A stretch of 64,000 nucleotides of DNA from an uncultured Pseudomonadota bacterium. GTDB lineage: Bacteria; Oederibacteriota; Muellerivitia; Muellerivitales; Muellerivitaceae. A program made the translations under genes and the position numbers. Of this stretch, positions 35,982 through 47,272 are shown one piece after another (the stretch's first letter is position 1; each line of letters starts with the position of its first letter). Below the pieces are notes generated by a model. That model worked only from the letters and a program-made list of their open reading frames with translations. It searched no databases and was not told the DNA's origin. The stretch is taken from NCBI GenBank assembly GCA_963836235.1, contig CAWIIP010000002.1, forward strand, positions 192,001 to 256,000, written 5' to 3'.

Positions 35982-37460
35982 TCACGAATTTTCAAGGAAA
36001 GTCAGCAGGCTTCTAACCATTAATCCTGTTCCACCATAGGTAAGATAAGGAACGGCTGGGTATTCCCTTTCAAGATAGGCTGGACCGGCAATATCCAGAT
36101 GAACCCAAGGCGTATCACCCACAAATTCCTGTAAAAATAACCCACCGATGATGCTGCCCGCCTCCCGGCCTCCGCCAATATTCTTAATATCAGCCACTTT
36201 GCTCTTAATGTCATCTCTGTATTCATTGACTAATGGCAGTTCCCAAATACGCTCTCCCTCGATTTCCGTAGCTTCCTTTACCTGTCCCATGAGCTTTTCA
36301 TCATTCCCCATGGCGCCTGAGACCAACGAGCCTAAAGCAACCACACAGGCCCCTGTAAGGGTAGCCATATCAATAATTTGGTCCACTTTTTGTTGAACGG
36401 CATATGAAAGGGCATCGGATAGGATAAGTCGACCCTCCGCATCAGTATTAAGAACTTCCATGGTTTTTCCGTTTATCGCCTTCAGAACATCGCCCGGCTT
36501 ATAGGCCCTTCCACCAGGCATATTTTCGGTGGTAGCGATAATACCGTGTACTTCGATCTTGGGCTTGGACTTCGCCAATTGGCTGAAGACACCCAAGACT
36601 GCCGCCGCCCCCGACATGTCCATTTTCATCGTTTCCATCGAGCCCGCGGGTTTTAAGGACAATCCGCCGGAATCAAAGGTAATTCCCTTTCCCACAATGG
36701 CTACGGATTTTTTTGGCTTTCCCGTAGGCTTGTAATGCAAATGAATCAGATATGGTTCTAGGGCGCTTCCAATATTGACACCCAAAATACCACCCGCACC
36801 CATACGTTTGAGGTCTTTCTTGGTATAGAGCTTCAACTTAACGGGACCCTTTGCTATTTTTTGGGCCGTATCCGCCAAAACTTTAGGGGTAACGTCACTG
36901 GGAGCCCCATTGATCAAATCCCGAGCCAAAATAACTCCCTCAGAATAACTCTCAGCAGTTTTAAGGGAGCTTTTAACCATGCCCAAAACATCGGAAGGCA
37001 CTTTAAAAATGAACTTTCCAATACCTTTCGGGGTATCTTTCAATTGGGTCTTATAGCGATTGAATTGGTAGGACCCCAATAGCAAACCTACGGCAAAAGC
37101 CTTAAGTAATTCGTCATTTAAAGACCGTGGCCATTCAATGGCGGCATCCTCGGCACGAATTTCTCGGGCTTTTCGGCCAAGCCTCCCCCCCGCCCTTCGC
37201 AATGTTTCCGCTGTCACGCCTTGTTTATTTCCCAAGCCTAATGCAATCACTTTTCCGGCCAAAAGCCCTTCAGATGGATGAGCAACGGCCGCTTGGCCTT
37301 CTTTTCCCGTGAAGCCTTCATCTGTCATTGTTTTTCGTATAGTCTCTCCCCACTTACCCGGTGCATTTATAAAACCATCTTCTTTTTCATAGGCCAAAAG
37401 CACCCAGACTTTAGGGAGTTGGCCTCGAACGGAATTGGAAACTGCGGAAAATTGGATCAC
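35982..37460 (-). CDS. pepA: Leucyl aminopeptidase (M17)
   Basis: VGKGITFDSGG, MKMDMSGAA, NTDAEGRL, ATLTGA, WVHLDIAG. Confidence 0.96.
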   Translation of the reverse strand: MIQFSAVSNSVRGQLPKVWVLLAYEKEDGFINAPGKWGETIRKTMTDEGFTGKEGQAAVAHPSEGLLAGKVIALGLGNKQGVTAETLRRAGGRLGRKAREIRAEDAAIEWPRSLNDELLKAFAVGLLLGSYQFNRYKTQLKDTPKGIGKFIFKVPSDVLGMVKSSLKTAESYSEGVILARDLINGAPSDVTPKVLADTAQKIAKGPVKLKLYTKKDLKRMGAGGILGVNIGSALEPYLIHLHYKPTGKPKKSVAIVGKGITFDSGGLSLKPAGSMETMKMDMSGAAAVLGVFSQLAKSKPKIEVHGIIATTENMPGGRAYKPGDVLKAINGKTMEVLNTDAEGRLILSDALSYAVQQKVDQIIDMATLTGACVVALGSLVSGAMGNDEKLMGQVKEATEIEGERIWELPLVNEYRDDIKSKVADIKNIGGGREAGSIIGGLFLQEFVGDTPWVHLDIAGPAYLEREYPAVPYLTYGGTGLMVRSLLTFLENS

Positions 37461-37552
37461 AAAAGCCTCCAGAACTTAATCAGAGATAGCAAATGAGAGT
37501 TTATTTTATCCAAGTAGAGGGAAAAGATACAGGGAAACGCCGTAACAAATGA

Positions 37553-38182
37553 CTATCCGGCCAGTTGATCATAAAGCTTTTGCTGTCGTAGCCTTTTCTT
37601 AATCAATCGAAGAGCCCTTTCCAACTTTTCCTTATTTCCGGGAAGGTAAGGCCAGGGACTTGCGCCGGAGGGATGCGGAATGGGGATAACCCATGCGGAA
37701 CCACCCGGAAGATCCTGTTTGAATTCTTTTCCAATAACCTCTGAAAATTTGTGGGGCCCCAATATACGTTCAATAGCCATCCCACCGATCAACACCACAA
37801 CTGAAGGGCTTAATAAACGCAGGGACTCATCAAGATAGGGCGAACAATTTGCGATTTCGTCGGGATTAGGCTTACGATCCCCCTTCCCGTGAGAAGCCTT
37901 GCCCGGATAGCAGCGCGTTACAGCGGTAATGTAAGCAAACTGCCGGATCTTTTCCTCGGGCATACCTAAGCTCAAGAACCACTGAAAAAGCCTTTTTCCA
38001 GCGGTCCAAGCGAAGTTCTTTTGGGCGGCAGGCTCCCGGACACCCGGTGCCTGACCGATCAAAAACAATCCACCTTTCTTGGCTCTTCCTGTTCCAGGAA
38101 CAGGGCAATTTCCGCCTTTTGAAAAACACTTAGAACAATGACGTATGGTTTGATGGAGTTGATTAAGGTTTTTCTCCAACAA
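37553..38182 (-). CDS. Uracil-DNA glycosylase superfamily protein
   Basis: CSKC, IGQAPG, RCYPG, PHPSG; start inferred. Confidence 0.85.
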   Translation of the reverse strand: MLEKNLNQLHQTIRHCSKCFSKGGNCPVPGTGRAKKGGLFLIGQAPGVREPAAQKNFAWTAGKRLFQWFLSLGMPEEKIRQFAYITAVTRCYPGKASHGKGDRKPNPDEIANCSPYLDESLRLLSPSVVVLIGGMAIERILGPHKFSEVIGKEFKQDLPGGSAWVIPIPHPSGASPWPYLPGNKEKLERALRLIKKRLRQQKLYDQLAG

Positions 38183-38225
38183 TGAATTGGAGTTACTTAG
38201 AATCCCCGTTGTCGCCACCATCGCC

Positions 38226-39287
38226 CTAATTTTTGTCGTCCTTGGCATCGCCAGCCTTATCACTATCCGAGGTGGAATCATCTTTCGACGAATCGTCCTT
38301 AACCGAATAAGCTTTCGCGGCATCAGGATCAACTTCCTTCAGCTCATCCAATGCCATTTCCATATTTTCATGATGGTAAGAAGCGTCAATGGAATTCATT
38401 TTATAAAACGCATCAACCGATTTTTTCAGCTCTTCTCCCTTTCCTTTACCCGAATCGTAGATGGACCAATAACTGAGACCGAGGCTGTTAAGGAAGACCT
38501 TCAATTCTTTATCACTCGGTTTATACCCCACAGCTTGCTCAAATTTGGCCGCAGCTTCGCCAGGATGGTGAAAATCCAAAAGCAATTTTCCTTGGCGGTT
38601 TGCCGCGGTGCCCTTTGCGTCAGCTGAAACAGCAACCGATTCCGCCTGTTTAAAAGCCTTCATCGCTTTGTCAAATTCGCCTTCAGATTGAAGCTTATCG
38701 CCATAAGAACAAAGTTCTTTAAATTTCATTTTCGAGATATCTTGCGGAGGTTCCGGTGTGATTTGGGCATATCCTTCTTCACGGCTTAAGTCACCCTTAG
38801 CTCTGTCTAATAATTCTTGATCGTCACCGCTAGCCTCAAGATTTTTTATTGAATCTTTCAGGGCCGACACATCCGATAGGCCATATTCATAACTACGGTA
38901 GGAAACAACCCCGAGATTCTTGAGCGCCACCTTATTGTCCCCATTTTCTTCCACGGCACGGCTAAAGGCCTTTGTGGCATCTTCCAACTTCTTAGCTTTC
39001 CAATAGGCCCATCCCTGGGCATTCGCGGCTTGACTCTTCCCTTTATCGCTTGAGGCCAAATTTTCTGCGGCGTCATAGTCGGCGGCGGACTCGTCAAGTT
39101 TACGGTCTTTTAAAGATTGGTTACCGGCCGCATAAGCTTCTTTAAATGTCTTGAACTCGGGAGAAGCGCTCGAGTTTGAAGCGGCAACAACAGTCGGATT
39201 TGATTCCGGAGCGGCCGCACCTTGAGCCGAAACAATCATTGGGAATCCAAAAACGATCAATAACCAAGCAAAACGATATTTACGCAT
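38226..39287 (-). CDS. Exported TPR-repeat protein
   Basis: Signal peptide; two internally similar TPR halves (AAN.QG motifs); acidic tail. Confidence 0.8.
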   Translation of the reverse strand: MRKYRFAWLLIVFGFPMIVSAQGAAAPESNPTVVAASNSSASPEFKTFKEAYAAGNQSLKDRKLDESAADYDAAENLASSDKGKSQAANAQGWAYWKAKKLEDATKAFSRAVEENGDNKVALKNLGVVSYRSYEYGLSDVSALKDSIKNLEASGDDQELLDRAKGDLSREEGYAQITPEPPQDISKMKFKELCSYGDKLQSEGEFDKAMKAFKQAESVAVSADAKGTAANRQGKLLLDFHHPGEAAAKFEQAVGYKPSDKELKVFLNSLGLSYWSIYDSGKGKGEELKKSVDAFYKMNSIDASYHHENMEMALDELKEVDPDAAKAYSVKDDSSKDDSTSDSDKAGDAKDDKN

Positions 39288-39472
39288 GCTTCCCTCCTGA
39301 ATAAGTTTCTGGGTTGCGACTATATTACTTCGCGCGGGAGACTCCACCAAACAATTCTAAAAAGAGAAATCTATTTGATATTGCCACACCGGAGATTTCC
39401 TTTGTTTTATACGATAAAATGTATTATTTTCAGTCTCGATTCCGAATTCTACCGCCAAAAAAAGGAAGGTAA

Positions 39473-40510
39473 ATGTTAAGCAAAAAAGTAATGTGGTTCG
39501 GATTCAGTGTCATGGCGGCGATGTTCTTTTTGCTCCTAAGAAATATTGATTGGAATGACCTTTGGTCGGCCTTCGCAAAATTTAAGGCTTTTTGGATTAT
39601 TCCTGCCCTTATTGTCTACATGTTGGGCTATGTCATCCGTGGATTCCGCTGGGAAATCCTGCTTTCGCCTATCAAAAAATGTCATTTTCAAAGCCTCTTT
39701 CCTACTTTAGTTATTGGATTCATGGCCAATAACCTTTTACCAGCCAGAGCCGGGGAATTTGTTAGGGCTTACTTAAACGGTACCAAAGAGAAAATTAGCC
39801 GAAGCGCTTCCCTCGCTACCATAGTTTTAGAACGTATCTTTGACGGCCTAACGATGATAATTATGCTTTGGGCCGCGCTAACTTTCGGTAATCTTCCGAT
39901 TCGCGAGGAAAACATGCCGACGGGAATCCAACATGCTATACAAGCCTGCCCCTATGTTTTTGGAGCCGCCTTTTTGTTCATTTTCCTTCTTCTTTTATTC
40001 AAGAATACCGCTGTTAGGATTATCAATTTTTTTACTGGTCACGCCCCTTCTCGATTAAGAAAACCTCTGAATAAAATCGCCCATACCTTTTTTGATGGAC
40101 TCAAAATCCTTCAAAACGCTAAGGAATCCTTCCTTGTGCTCGCCACCTCTATCGCTGCTTGGACTTGCGAGTTTTCGGGCTATTATCTTTTAGGTATCGG
40201 GATGGGTATTGCGCCGAGTCCCATTTCCTTCTGGTCGGCAGCTTTATTAATGGCGATCGTCAATTTGGCGATCCTTATTCCAAACGCTCCCGGCGGCTTT
40301 GGTTTGTTTGAATACGTCGGCGTGCTTCTCTTAATGCCATTCGGAATATCTAAAGAATTGGCTCTGGGTTATATGCTTGTTGTACACTTTGTGGTTTGGA
40401 TACCCATCAACTTGCTGGGGCTTTATTATATGGGCCGGGAACACCTGAGTTTGGAAAAGCTGGAAAAAAGCCGGGAATCGGGTTCATCAAACAAAAGGAA
40501 ACAATCATGA
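39473..40510 (+). CDS. Lysylphosphatidylglycerol-synthase TM domain / UPF0104 flippase-like protein
   Basis: RW..LL, IGFMANNLLPARAGE, ERIFD, IPNAPGGFG.FE. Confidence 0.88.
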   Translation: MLSKKVMWFGFSVMAAMFFLLLRNIDWNDLWSAFAKFKAFWIIPALIVYMLGYVIRGFRWEILLSPIKKCHFQSLFPTLVIGFMANNLLPARAGEFVRAYLNGTKEKISRSASLATIVLERIFDGLTMIIMLWAALTFGNLPIREENMPTGIQHAIQACPYVFGAAFLFIFLLLLFKNTAVRIINFFTGHAPSRLRKPLNKIAHTFFDGLKILQNAKESFLVLATSIAAWTCEFSGYYLLGIGMGIAPSPISFWSAALLMAIVNLAILIPNAPGGFGLFEYVGVLLLMPFGISKELALGYMLVVHFVVWIPINLLGLYYMGREHLSLEKLEKSRESGSSNKRKQS

Positions 40511-41826
40511 AAATCGGCATTGTCGGAGCCGGTGTAGCGGGTCTTACTGCCGCCTATCGATTGGCTAAGCAAGGCCACGAAATTGATATTTTTGAGGCTT
40601 CCGACCATGTGGGTGGCCTAGCGTCTGGATTTCCAGTAGCTGGCACTACTCTTGAAAAGTATTATCACCATCTTTTCACAAGTGATATCTGCATTCGTGG
40701 CCTAGTGGACGAACTGGGAATGCGGGATAAGCTCCATTGGTTCACGAGTTCTATGGGCGTTTACCACAAGGGCGCCATGTATTCCCTTGCGTCACCCAAA
40801 GACCTTCTTTATTTCAAGCCTCTTCCCTTTTGGGAAAGGATCTGGTTTGGGTTCCAATCGGTTTTTTATTTGGGAAAGGTAAAAAATTGGAAAAAGTTTG
40901 AAGCCATTACCGCGCATGATTGGATGAGAAAATATTCCGGACCGAATATCTGGAAAGTCATGTGGGAACCCCTTTTGAAAGGAAAATTCGGCCAGTATTA
41001 CGATAAAGTCGCTATGGCTTGGCTTTGGGCCCGTATCCATACCCGTGCGTCATCCCGTAAAGGCTCAAAAGAAACTCTCGGATATTTCCAAGGCGGTTTT
41101 GAGGCCTTCCACAAAAACCTGGCCGAAGCCGTTCAAAAGGCGGGTGTCAAAATACAGGTAAACACCCCGATCAACCGAATTTCAACCCGGGATGGGAAAC
41201 TGACGGGACTTGAAATTTCGGGCAAAGAAAAAACCTATGATCGTGTGATTTTTGCCGCAGCCACGCCTATTTTTCTTAAAACTTGCCTCGAACTACCCGA
41301 GGCCTATAAAAAACAAATGACCCAACTGGAGTTTATGGGAGCGCAATGCTTAGTCTTGGTGATGAAACAGAAATTCAGTGATATCTATTGGACGAACATT
41401 TGTGATTCGGAAATTCCTATCTTGGGGCTGTTTGAACATACTAATTTTGCTCCTTCCGATTGGTATCAAGGCAAACACATTTTATATGTCGGCAACTATC
41501 TCCCTCGGGATCATCGATATTTCAAAATGAAAAAAGAGGAAATTTTTGACGATTTATTGCCCCACTTAAAAAAGATCAATCCTCAATTCGACCCTTCCTG
41601 GCTGGAAGAGTTTTATTTATTTCAAGATCTTTACGCTCAACCTGTTATTCCCCTTCACTACAGTGAAGTGAAGCCAGGATATGAAACCCCCATTGAAAAT
41701 GTCTATTTGGCCAACATGGCTTTGGTTTACCCCGAGGACCGCGGCACCAATTTCGCGGTCGACGTGGGTAACAAGGTGGCCCTGCTGGTTGACCATACCG
41801 TTTCAATCCCGGCTTTTAAGGAATAA
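40507..41826 (+). CDS. FAD-dependent oxidoreductase (amine oxidase/protoporphyrinogen-oxidase-like)
   Basis: MKIGIVGAGVAGL, GGLA, YYHH, YPEDRG; ATGA overlap with the upstream gene. Confidence 0.85.
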   Translation: MKIGIVGAGVAGLTAAYRLAKQGHEIDIFEASDHVGGLASGFPVAGTTLEKYYHHLFTSDICIRGLVDELGMRDKLHWFTSSMGVYHKGAMYSLASPKDLLYFKPLPFWERIWFGFQSVFYLGKVKNWKKFEAITAHDWMRKYSGPNIWKVMWEPLLKGKFGQYYDKVAMAWLWARIHTRASSRKGSKETLGYFQGGFEAFHKNLAEAVQKAGVKIQVNTPINRISTRDGKLTGLEISGKEKTYDRVIFAAATPIFLKTCLELPEAYKKQMTQLEFMGAQCLVLVMKQKFSDIYWTNICDSEIPILGLFEHTNFAPSDWYQGKHILYVGNYLPRDHRYFKMKKEEIFDDLLPHLKKINPQFDPSWLEEFYLFQDLYAQPVIPLHYSEVKPGYETPIENVYLANMALVYPEDRGTNFAVDVGNKVALLVDHTVSIPAFKE

Positions 41827-42000
41827 TTTAGATCACGAAGAGGAAAACCAGAAACAACTGTCCAGCGTCCCCACCAACCTATCCAGAATTAACCTTTTGC
41901 CTAACACCCTTTGTGGTAATATTTTCCGACGTTGATCCTTACTTGAATGCAGCAACTTTCCCCGCGCCTCTGCGGCGAAAAGACTCTTAAAGGAGTTTCC

Positions 42001-42708
42001 ATGCCTAAAGTTTCATCTCTTTCCGTTTTTTTCCCCGAATATAACGAAGAAGCCAATGTCGAAAACATGATCCGCCAAGCCCAGCGGATACTCCCAGAAG
42101 TAGCTGAAAAGTGGGAAATTATCCCGGTTAACGATGGAAGCAGGGACAAAACTGGAGAAATCATTGACCGCTTGGCCAAGGAAGACTCCAATATCCACCC
42201 CGTCCACCACGAGAAGAACAAAGGATATGGTGGGGCAGTCATTTCGGGATATAACGCGGCGCAATACGATCTGGTTTTTTTCACCGATGGGGATTTACAG
42301 TTTGACTTAAGGGAAATCACGCTTCTTATTGAAAAACTGGACGAAGGTGATCTGATCTTAGGCTATCGGAAGAATCGTCGTGATCCTTGGAACCGTAAAC
42401 TGAACGCTTTTATGTGGGGCTCGCTCGTGAAATTGTTGTTTGGATTTCAAGTACGGGACGTGGATTGTGCCTTCAAGATGATCAAGCGCAAAGTAATTGA
42501 CAAGGTACAATTGTCGGCGGGTGGAGCCATGGTCTCCACTGAATTGCTAGCCCGATCGAGCAAATCTGGCTTTCGATTCGTGGAGGTAGGCGTTACCCAC
42601 TTACCACGGGTGGCGGGAACACAAACTGGGGCAAAATTGTCAGTCATCCTCAAGGCATTCGGAGAACTTTTCAAACTTTACGGAAAAATTAAAAATCAGC
42701 CAAAATAA
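42001..42708 (+). CDS. DPM1-like family 2 glycosyltransferase
   Basis: P.YNEE, VNDGSRD, N.GYGGA, FTDGDLQFD, DVDCAFK. Confidence 0.9.
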   Translation: MPKVSSLSVFFPEYNEEANVENMIRQAQRILPEVAEKWEIIPVNDGSRDKTGEIIDRLAKEDSNIHPVHHEKNKGYGGAVISGYNAAQYDLVFFTDGDLQFDLREITLLIEKLDEGDLILGYRKNRRDPWNRKLNAFMWGSLVKLLFGFQVRDVDCAFKMIKRKVIDKVQLSAGGAMVSTELLARSSKSGFRFVEVGVTHLPRVAGTQTGAKLSVILKAFGELFKLYGKIKNQPK

Positions 42709-42738
42709 AAAAATGCTTTCAACCAAAAGCAAGAAGCA

Positions 42739-43719
42739 TTAACTTTGAGCCTGAAGGAAGCCGATATGGGTTTTCGCGTTTTGAATTAAGTCGGAATCGT
42801 TGGAATACTGCATTACCTTTTGCCAAGTGTCCAAGGCCTCTTGCTTTTTTCCAAGCTTCTCATAAGAGACGGCCATATCATCATAAATCTCAGGATCACT
42901 TGGACGAATCTCGGCAGCTTTTTGAAAAGCCATCAAAGCGTCGTTCGGTTGGTTTTTATCTAGATAAACGCTTCCTAAGTCATATTGATAATCGGCATTT
43001 TGATTGTCCAAAGCCACAGCTTTTTGGAACAAATCTAAAGCGTCATCATAATTACCAGCGTGATAATACCTCATACCAAGGTTATTAATTACCTCGGCAT
43101 TCGTCGGATCAAAATGAAGAGACATTTCATACATTCTTACGGAAGCATCGTTCATATCAAAACGTCCATAGAGATACCCAAGAGCAAAATAGGCCTTGGC
43201 ATAGGTAGGATCAATTTCTAAAGCCTTTTTGAGATAAGCAAAGGATAGTTGATAATGCTGACTGTCATATAGCTGTTTACTTTTTTGATAAAAAGTGTCG
43301 GTAGAACCAAGTTCAACCTGTGGTTTTTCAGCAACGGGAGAAGCAAGCGTCTTAACTATTGGAACCGCATGGTGGCCAATATGTTTGGAATGAACCGGTT
43401 TTAAGGCCAACACAGGTTCTTGAACCATCTTGACTTCCTCGGTCTCGGTTAAATGCCCAGTCCAGTGCGTAAACTCCCCCCAAAAACCACCACAAACTAA
43501 CAAAATGATGAGAAAGAGCCAAAGAATTTCGAGTACATCTTTACCAAAGTCTTTAAATCCAGGTTTCTTATTGGTATCTTCCGCCAGCTCGGCTTTTGCC
43601 GCTCCAACGGCGGTTTTAGGAAGTTCGGTTCCGCATTTGACGCAGATCATTGTGCCGTCCGGATTCTCGGCGTGACAAGCTGGACAAACAATCATTGAAG
43701 ACCTCGATAAGAAAGTCAT
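42739..43719 (-). CDS. Zinc-ribbon, TM and TPR protein
   Basis: CPAC..EN......C.KCG; TM helix; multiple TPRs. Confidence 0.85.
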   Translation of the reverse strand: MTFLSRSSMIVCPACHAENPDGTMICVKCGTELPKTAVGAAKAELAEDTNKKPGFKDFGKDVLEILWLFLIILLVCGGFWGEFTHWTGHLTETEEVKMVQEPVLALKPVHSKHIGHHAVPIVKTLASPVAEKPQVELGSTDTFYQKSKQLYDSQHYQLSFAYLKKALEIDPTYAKAYFALGYLYGRFDMNDASVRMYEMSLHFDPTNAEVINNLGMRYYHAGNYDDALDLFQKAVALDNQNADYQYDLGSVYLDKNQPNDALMAFQKAAEIRPSDPEIYDDMAVSYEKLGKKQEALDTWQKVMQYSNDSDLIQNAKTHIGFLQAQS

Positions 43720-44012
43720 TAATCATCAGGCGTCGAAACCGCCTTTATGATTCAAACTCCGCTACTAAAACCGTTAACAGATCACTTTCAATTGCCAGAA
43801 AAACCATGATACTTTAACCCGTTGTAGTAAAATCTGTCAACTTTTAGGTAGAAGTCAACTTTTGTTGCTCAAACCGATTTTTTTGAAAAAAATGATCTAA
43901 TCGCGCAAGGTTTACCGATTATTCACATCAAAAACAAAGATGCTCATATTTTTGAAAAACGTAAATATTAGTCTCATATCCCTAAACCCAATTAAAAGCT
44001 TTAACTTTCGTA

Positions 44013-45221
44013 CTATTTTTTTGGAACGTCAGCATTTCTTGAATCTTCGACGATTATCTTTATGCGTTGGGATAACTTTTGAAGATGGCTTAAACTATCT
44101 TCTACTGATTCAAATTTTTCTTTCACCTGATCTCCTGCCAAATAAACTTTATTAATTAATTGAAGCAAGAGTTCATTGTCATTCCGTTGATCCTCCAAAG
44201 CTTGGGATATTTCACCCAGTAATCCTCCGGCCTTGCGAACAGACTTAACAATATTCATAAATACATCTCCAGCGCTATAAACCACGTTCACATTTTCTTC
44301 AATTTTACCGGTTGTACTTATAAGGGAAATGGCGCTTGCCGTTTTTGCTCGAATACCATCTACCAGATGCTTTACGTCTCCCGAGGCCTTGGCAGAAGCC
44401 TCAGCAAGTATTTTGATTTCACTCGCAACCACGGCAAAACCTTGACCGTGTTCCCCAGCCCGAGCAGCCTCGATACCCGCATTTAAGGCCAATAAATTTG
44501 TTTTGCGCGCGATCGTAGTAATCGTTGCCAAAAAATCGCCGATCTGATCTGAAGCCAAATTTAGTTGTTGAATAACTTCCGCCGATGAACCGATGGTTGC
44601 CTTAATTTCAGTCATAGCCTTGATTTCTTTACCTACCGATTTAATTCCATCAGTGGCTGACCTAGCGGCTTCATCCGTGTCCGCCGCCACTTTTTTGCTG
44701 TCATTAACAATGAGCTCATTCAGTTGGAGCAAGGATTTATTAATACGGCCAGCCTTTTCAATATTGGACGACCAGTCGCGAATAACATCACGAAACGCAT
44801 GAAAGACCTTGGCCATCTTTTCTTGTTCTTGTAGAAAATCTTCCAATTCGGTTGTAAATTCGGGCAGAGCAAAATCAATAGGCTTCGAATCAGAAACCGG
44901 TTGAAGTTCCTTAACTGGGATTTTCTCCAACGTATTCTTCAAAGCGGCTTCCAAAGGTTTATCCTCACGTTCACTGAGAATAAAAATTTCTTTAGCGAAA
45001 TCCGGAATTGAAGAATCTTGTGAAAGTTGCCGCAAGTGCTCGATTTGGCGGTTTCGGAATAAATTGAGAAGACCATATCCAAAAAAAAACGCCATCAAAC
45101 CATCCACCACAAATGCCAAAAGAGGGCTCAAAAAAGAAAAAGTTAATCCGATAAAGGCGCCAAATAGAAACACCGAAAACCAATAAAAGAAAAAAGAGCT
45201 ACTGATTTTGACGTTTATCAA
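44013..45221 (-). CDS. Methyl-accepting chemotaxis signalling-domain protein
   Basis: [36 protein letters not shown]; two N-terminal TM segments. Confidence 0.92.
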   Translation of the reverse strand: MINVKISSSFFFYWFSVFLFGAFIGLTFSFLSPLLAFVVDGLMAFFFGYGLLNLFRNRQIEHLRQLSQDSSIPDFAKEIFILSEREDKPLEAALKNTLEKIPVKELQPVSDSKPIDFALPEFTTELEDFLQEQEKMAKVFHAFRDVIRDWSSNIEKAGRINKSLLQLNELIVNDSKKVAADTDEAARSATDGIKSVGKEIKAMTEIKATIGSSAEVIQQLNLASDQIGDFLATITTIARKTNLLALNAGIEAARAGEHGQGFAVVASEIKILAEASAKASGDVKHLVDGIRAKTASAISLISTTGKIEENVNVVYSAGDVFMNIVKSVRKAGGLLGEISQALEDQRNDNELLLQLINKVYLAGDQVKEKFESVEDSLSHLQKLSQRIKIIVEDSRNADVPKK

Positions 45222-45225
45222 ATGG

Positions 45226-45603
45226 TCATTTACCGTCGGAATTCTTAATTAAATAATTTTTCAAGAACTCAACATCATCTTCTTTCATGGCTAAAAAGTG
45301 TAGCCCGCCACCCGTTTCATTAGCCCAAACAACTTCCGCAAAAGCCGATATAAGTGCGGATTTTTCGGGCAAAGAAATATCGAGTCGCAAAATACTTCCC
45401 ACATTCAAAATTTGATCCGCCACAATGTAAAGCCCGCCCAAACTCACATCCATGGTTCTTGTGGTTTGTTCTTTTTTCTTTCGCTCAAAAACGGTCTCTA
45501 ATTCTTTTTGGTCTTCTATAACACGATACTTCACTGGGATTTTGACTGAAACCCGGGGATGGATTCGCTTTTCCATGAACATATTGGCTTCTGGCATTGA
45601 CAA
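45226..45603 (-). CDS. PilZ-domain c-di-GMP receptor
   Basis: EKRIHPR (RxxxR) and DVSLGG (DxSxxG). Confidence 0.92.
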   Translation of the reverse strand: MSMPEANMFMEKRIHPRVSVKIPVKYRVIEDQKELETVFERKKKEQTTRTMDVSLGGLYIVADQILNVGSILRLDISLPEKSALISAFAEVVWANETGGGLHFLAMKEDDVEFLKNYLIKNSDGK

Positions 45604-45618
45604 CTCCTTACGCTAAAA

Positions 45619-46650
45619 TCAAATTGGTCTAAATATTAACGAAAGCGAAAAAAGTAACCCAAAATCCGGACGCCCTTTACCGCTAATAATTGGTTCAAAA
45701 GGAAAAGTTGACACTTTTCCATCCACAGAGAACTCCGGGTCTACCTTTACGATAAGTCCCCCGGTGGAAAAAAAAAGCCGATCCGTCGTTTGAATGGTCT
45801 GCCCCGAAACATCGAGAATCTGTCCATATGTCAGGACCTGGTGGTTAAATTCCATCAATCCACTCGCCCTCATTGCAAAATCATAATACAAACTGACAAA
45901 ACGCTTGGCCTGATGAAAAGCAAGATACTCCACACGTCCTTCAACTTCCAGATTATCTGGCCACTGAAAGACGCCCGCACCTAATAATGCATTGGAAGAA
46001 TCCAGTGTAATAGGTTGAGTTTTTTCATAGTGTATACTTTGAAAAAAAGAAAATCCACCCAGTTCTTCAGCCATGACCAGCCCTAAAGCTTCTTCGGAAG
46101 CCCCTTTTCCTGTTGAAAGAAGTGGATAGGCAAGATCAAAAGGATTGGTTCCCGTAGCGAAGCGATAACGACCATCCACACCTATAAAGTTGCCCTTTTC
46201 TTTCTCGCCAGTTACTAAAAAAGTGGCTCCTATCTCGATATCCCCAAGTTTCGCAACATTGTGCGTATTGCCATTGGGATCGAGGAGAGCGTTCGCTTCA
46301 AAAGGAAAAATGGCTCGTAACTGCAATTGGTCTGAAACCCAGCCTTTTGTCTGGACCCCATATTCAACGCTTCGTATTGAATAAACGGTTGGATTAGGTT
46401 TGGAAGAGAGTTGTTGAACACCATTAAAAAATAAATCGGGGACACCTATATTTACCCAATAAAAACTGGGACGTTCTTCTCGAAAGGTCGTAATTGAAAA
46501 CGAATCTCGCGAAAGATCAAATACAGGATAAGGATCTAACTCCACCGCGCTTACTTCGAGAGGATGGAAAGATAAAAATAAAACAAAGATGACCAAAGAC
46601 CGCATGAATTTTCTTGGGACTAAAAAAAAAGGCCAACTGTCTTTCTTCAT
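45619..46650 (-). CDS. Probable outer-membrane beta-barrel protein
   Basis: Signal peptide; LGDIEIG, ATG.NPF, STG.G; alternating beta-strand pattern. Confidence 0.5.
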   Translation of the reverse strand: MKKDSWPFFLVPRKFMRSLVIFVLFLSFHPLEVSAVELDPYPVFDLSRDSFSITTFREERPSFYWVNIGVPDLFFNGVQQLSSKPNPTVYSIRSVEYGVQTKGWVSDQLQLRAIFPFEANALLDPNGNTHNVAKLGDIEIGATFLVTGEKEKGNFIGVDGRYRFATGTNPFDLAYPLLSTGKGASEEALGLVMAEELGGFSFFQSIHYEKTQPITLDSSNALLGAGVFQWPDNLEVEGRVEYLAFHQAKRFVSLYYDFAMRASGLMEFNHQVLTYGQILDVSGQTIQTTDRLFFSTGGLIVKVDPEFSVDGKVSTFPFEPIISGKGRPDFGLLFSLSLIFRPI

Positions 46651-46660
46651 TTTTTAATTG

Positions 46661-47227
46661 CTAGAACATATAAGCGAGATTTGCATTCGGTCGAGGAGTT
46701 ATCCCCAAATGCAAAGCTAAATAGTTCTTTTTATTATAGCTAGAAGCGGTATTGTAAGCGTCCTGTATTCCAAACCCGTAAACTGCCAGGGTCGCCAATC
46801 CAAACAAATTGCCGGCTGTCTCATTTTTAGCATCCCCCAAGCTATCAACTAATTGAAGATTATCTAAAGTTTGCCAAAGGCCGATTCCAAAAAGAGAAAG
46901 AAAAATAATTCCTTTAATCGGATCCCCGGCATAAATCTGACCGGAACCGGGGATAAAAACGGAAAAAAGAGCGGCTTGAGTAGGGCTCTTGGGTGAAAGT
47001 CCCGGAAGGGGTGTTTGAGTTGGTATAGCAATTTGAACCAAGGGAGCTACAACAGGAGTATCGGTCGGTTTTACAATATCCGTAGTGTTTCCCCACTCTT
47101 GGATCTCTGGAGGAGGCAATGGAGTAGGAGTAGCATTTTCAACATTCCAAAAACTGGGTGCAGCTTCCAGACTGGAACATAAACCAAATGCCATTAACAC
47201 CAAAAGAGCTTTAAATTTCATGGACAC
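46661..47227 (-). CDS. DUF5683-like membrane protein
   Basis: KSP..AALFS..IPG.GQIY.G...KG, DAY..A..YN. Confidence 0.6.
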   Translation of the reverse strand: MSMKFKALLVLMAFGLCSSLEAAPSFWNVENATPTPLPPPEIQEWGNTTDIVKPTDTPVVAPLVQIAIPTQTPLPGLSPKSPTQAALFSVFIPGSGQIYAGDPIKGIIFLSLFGIGLWQTLDNLQLVDSLGDAKNETAGNLFGLATLAVYGFGIQDAYNTASSYNKKNYLALHLGITPRPNANLAYMF

Positions 47228-47272
47228 TAAGGTATCGCTCCCTCAATAGGCTGTCAAGAAAACTGCTCAGTT

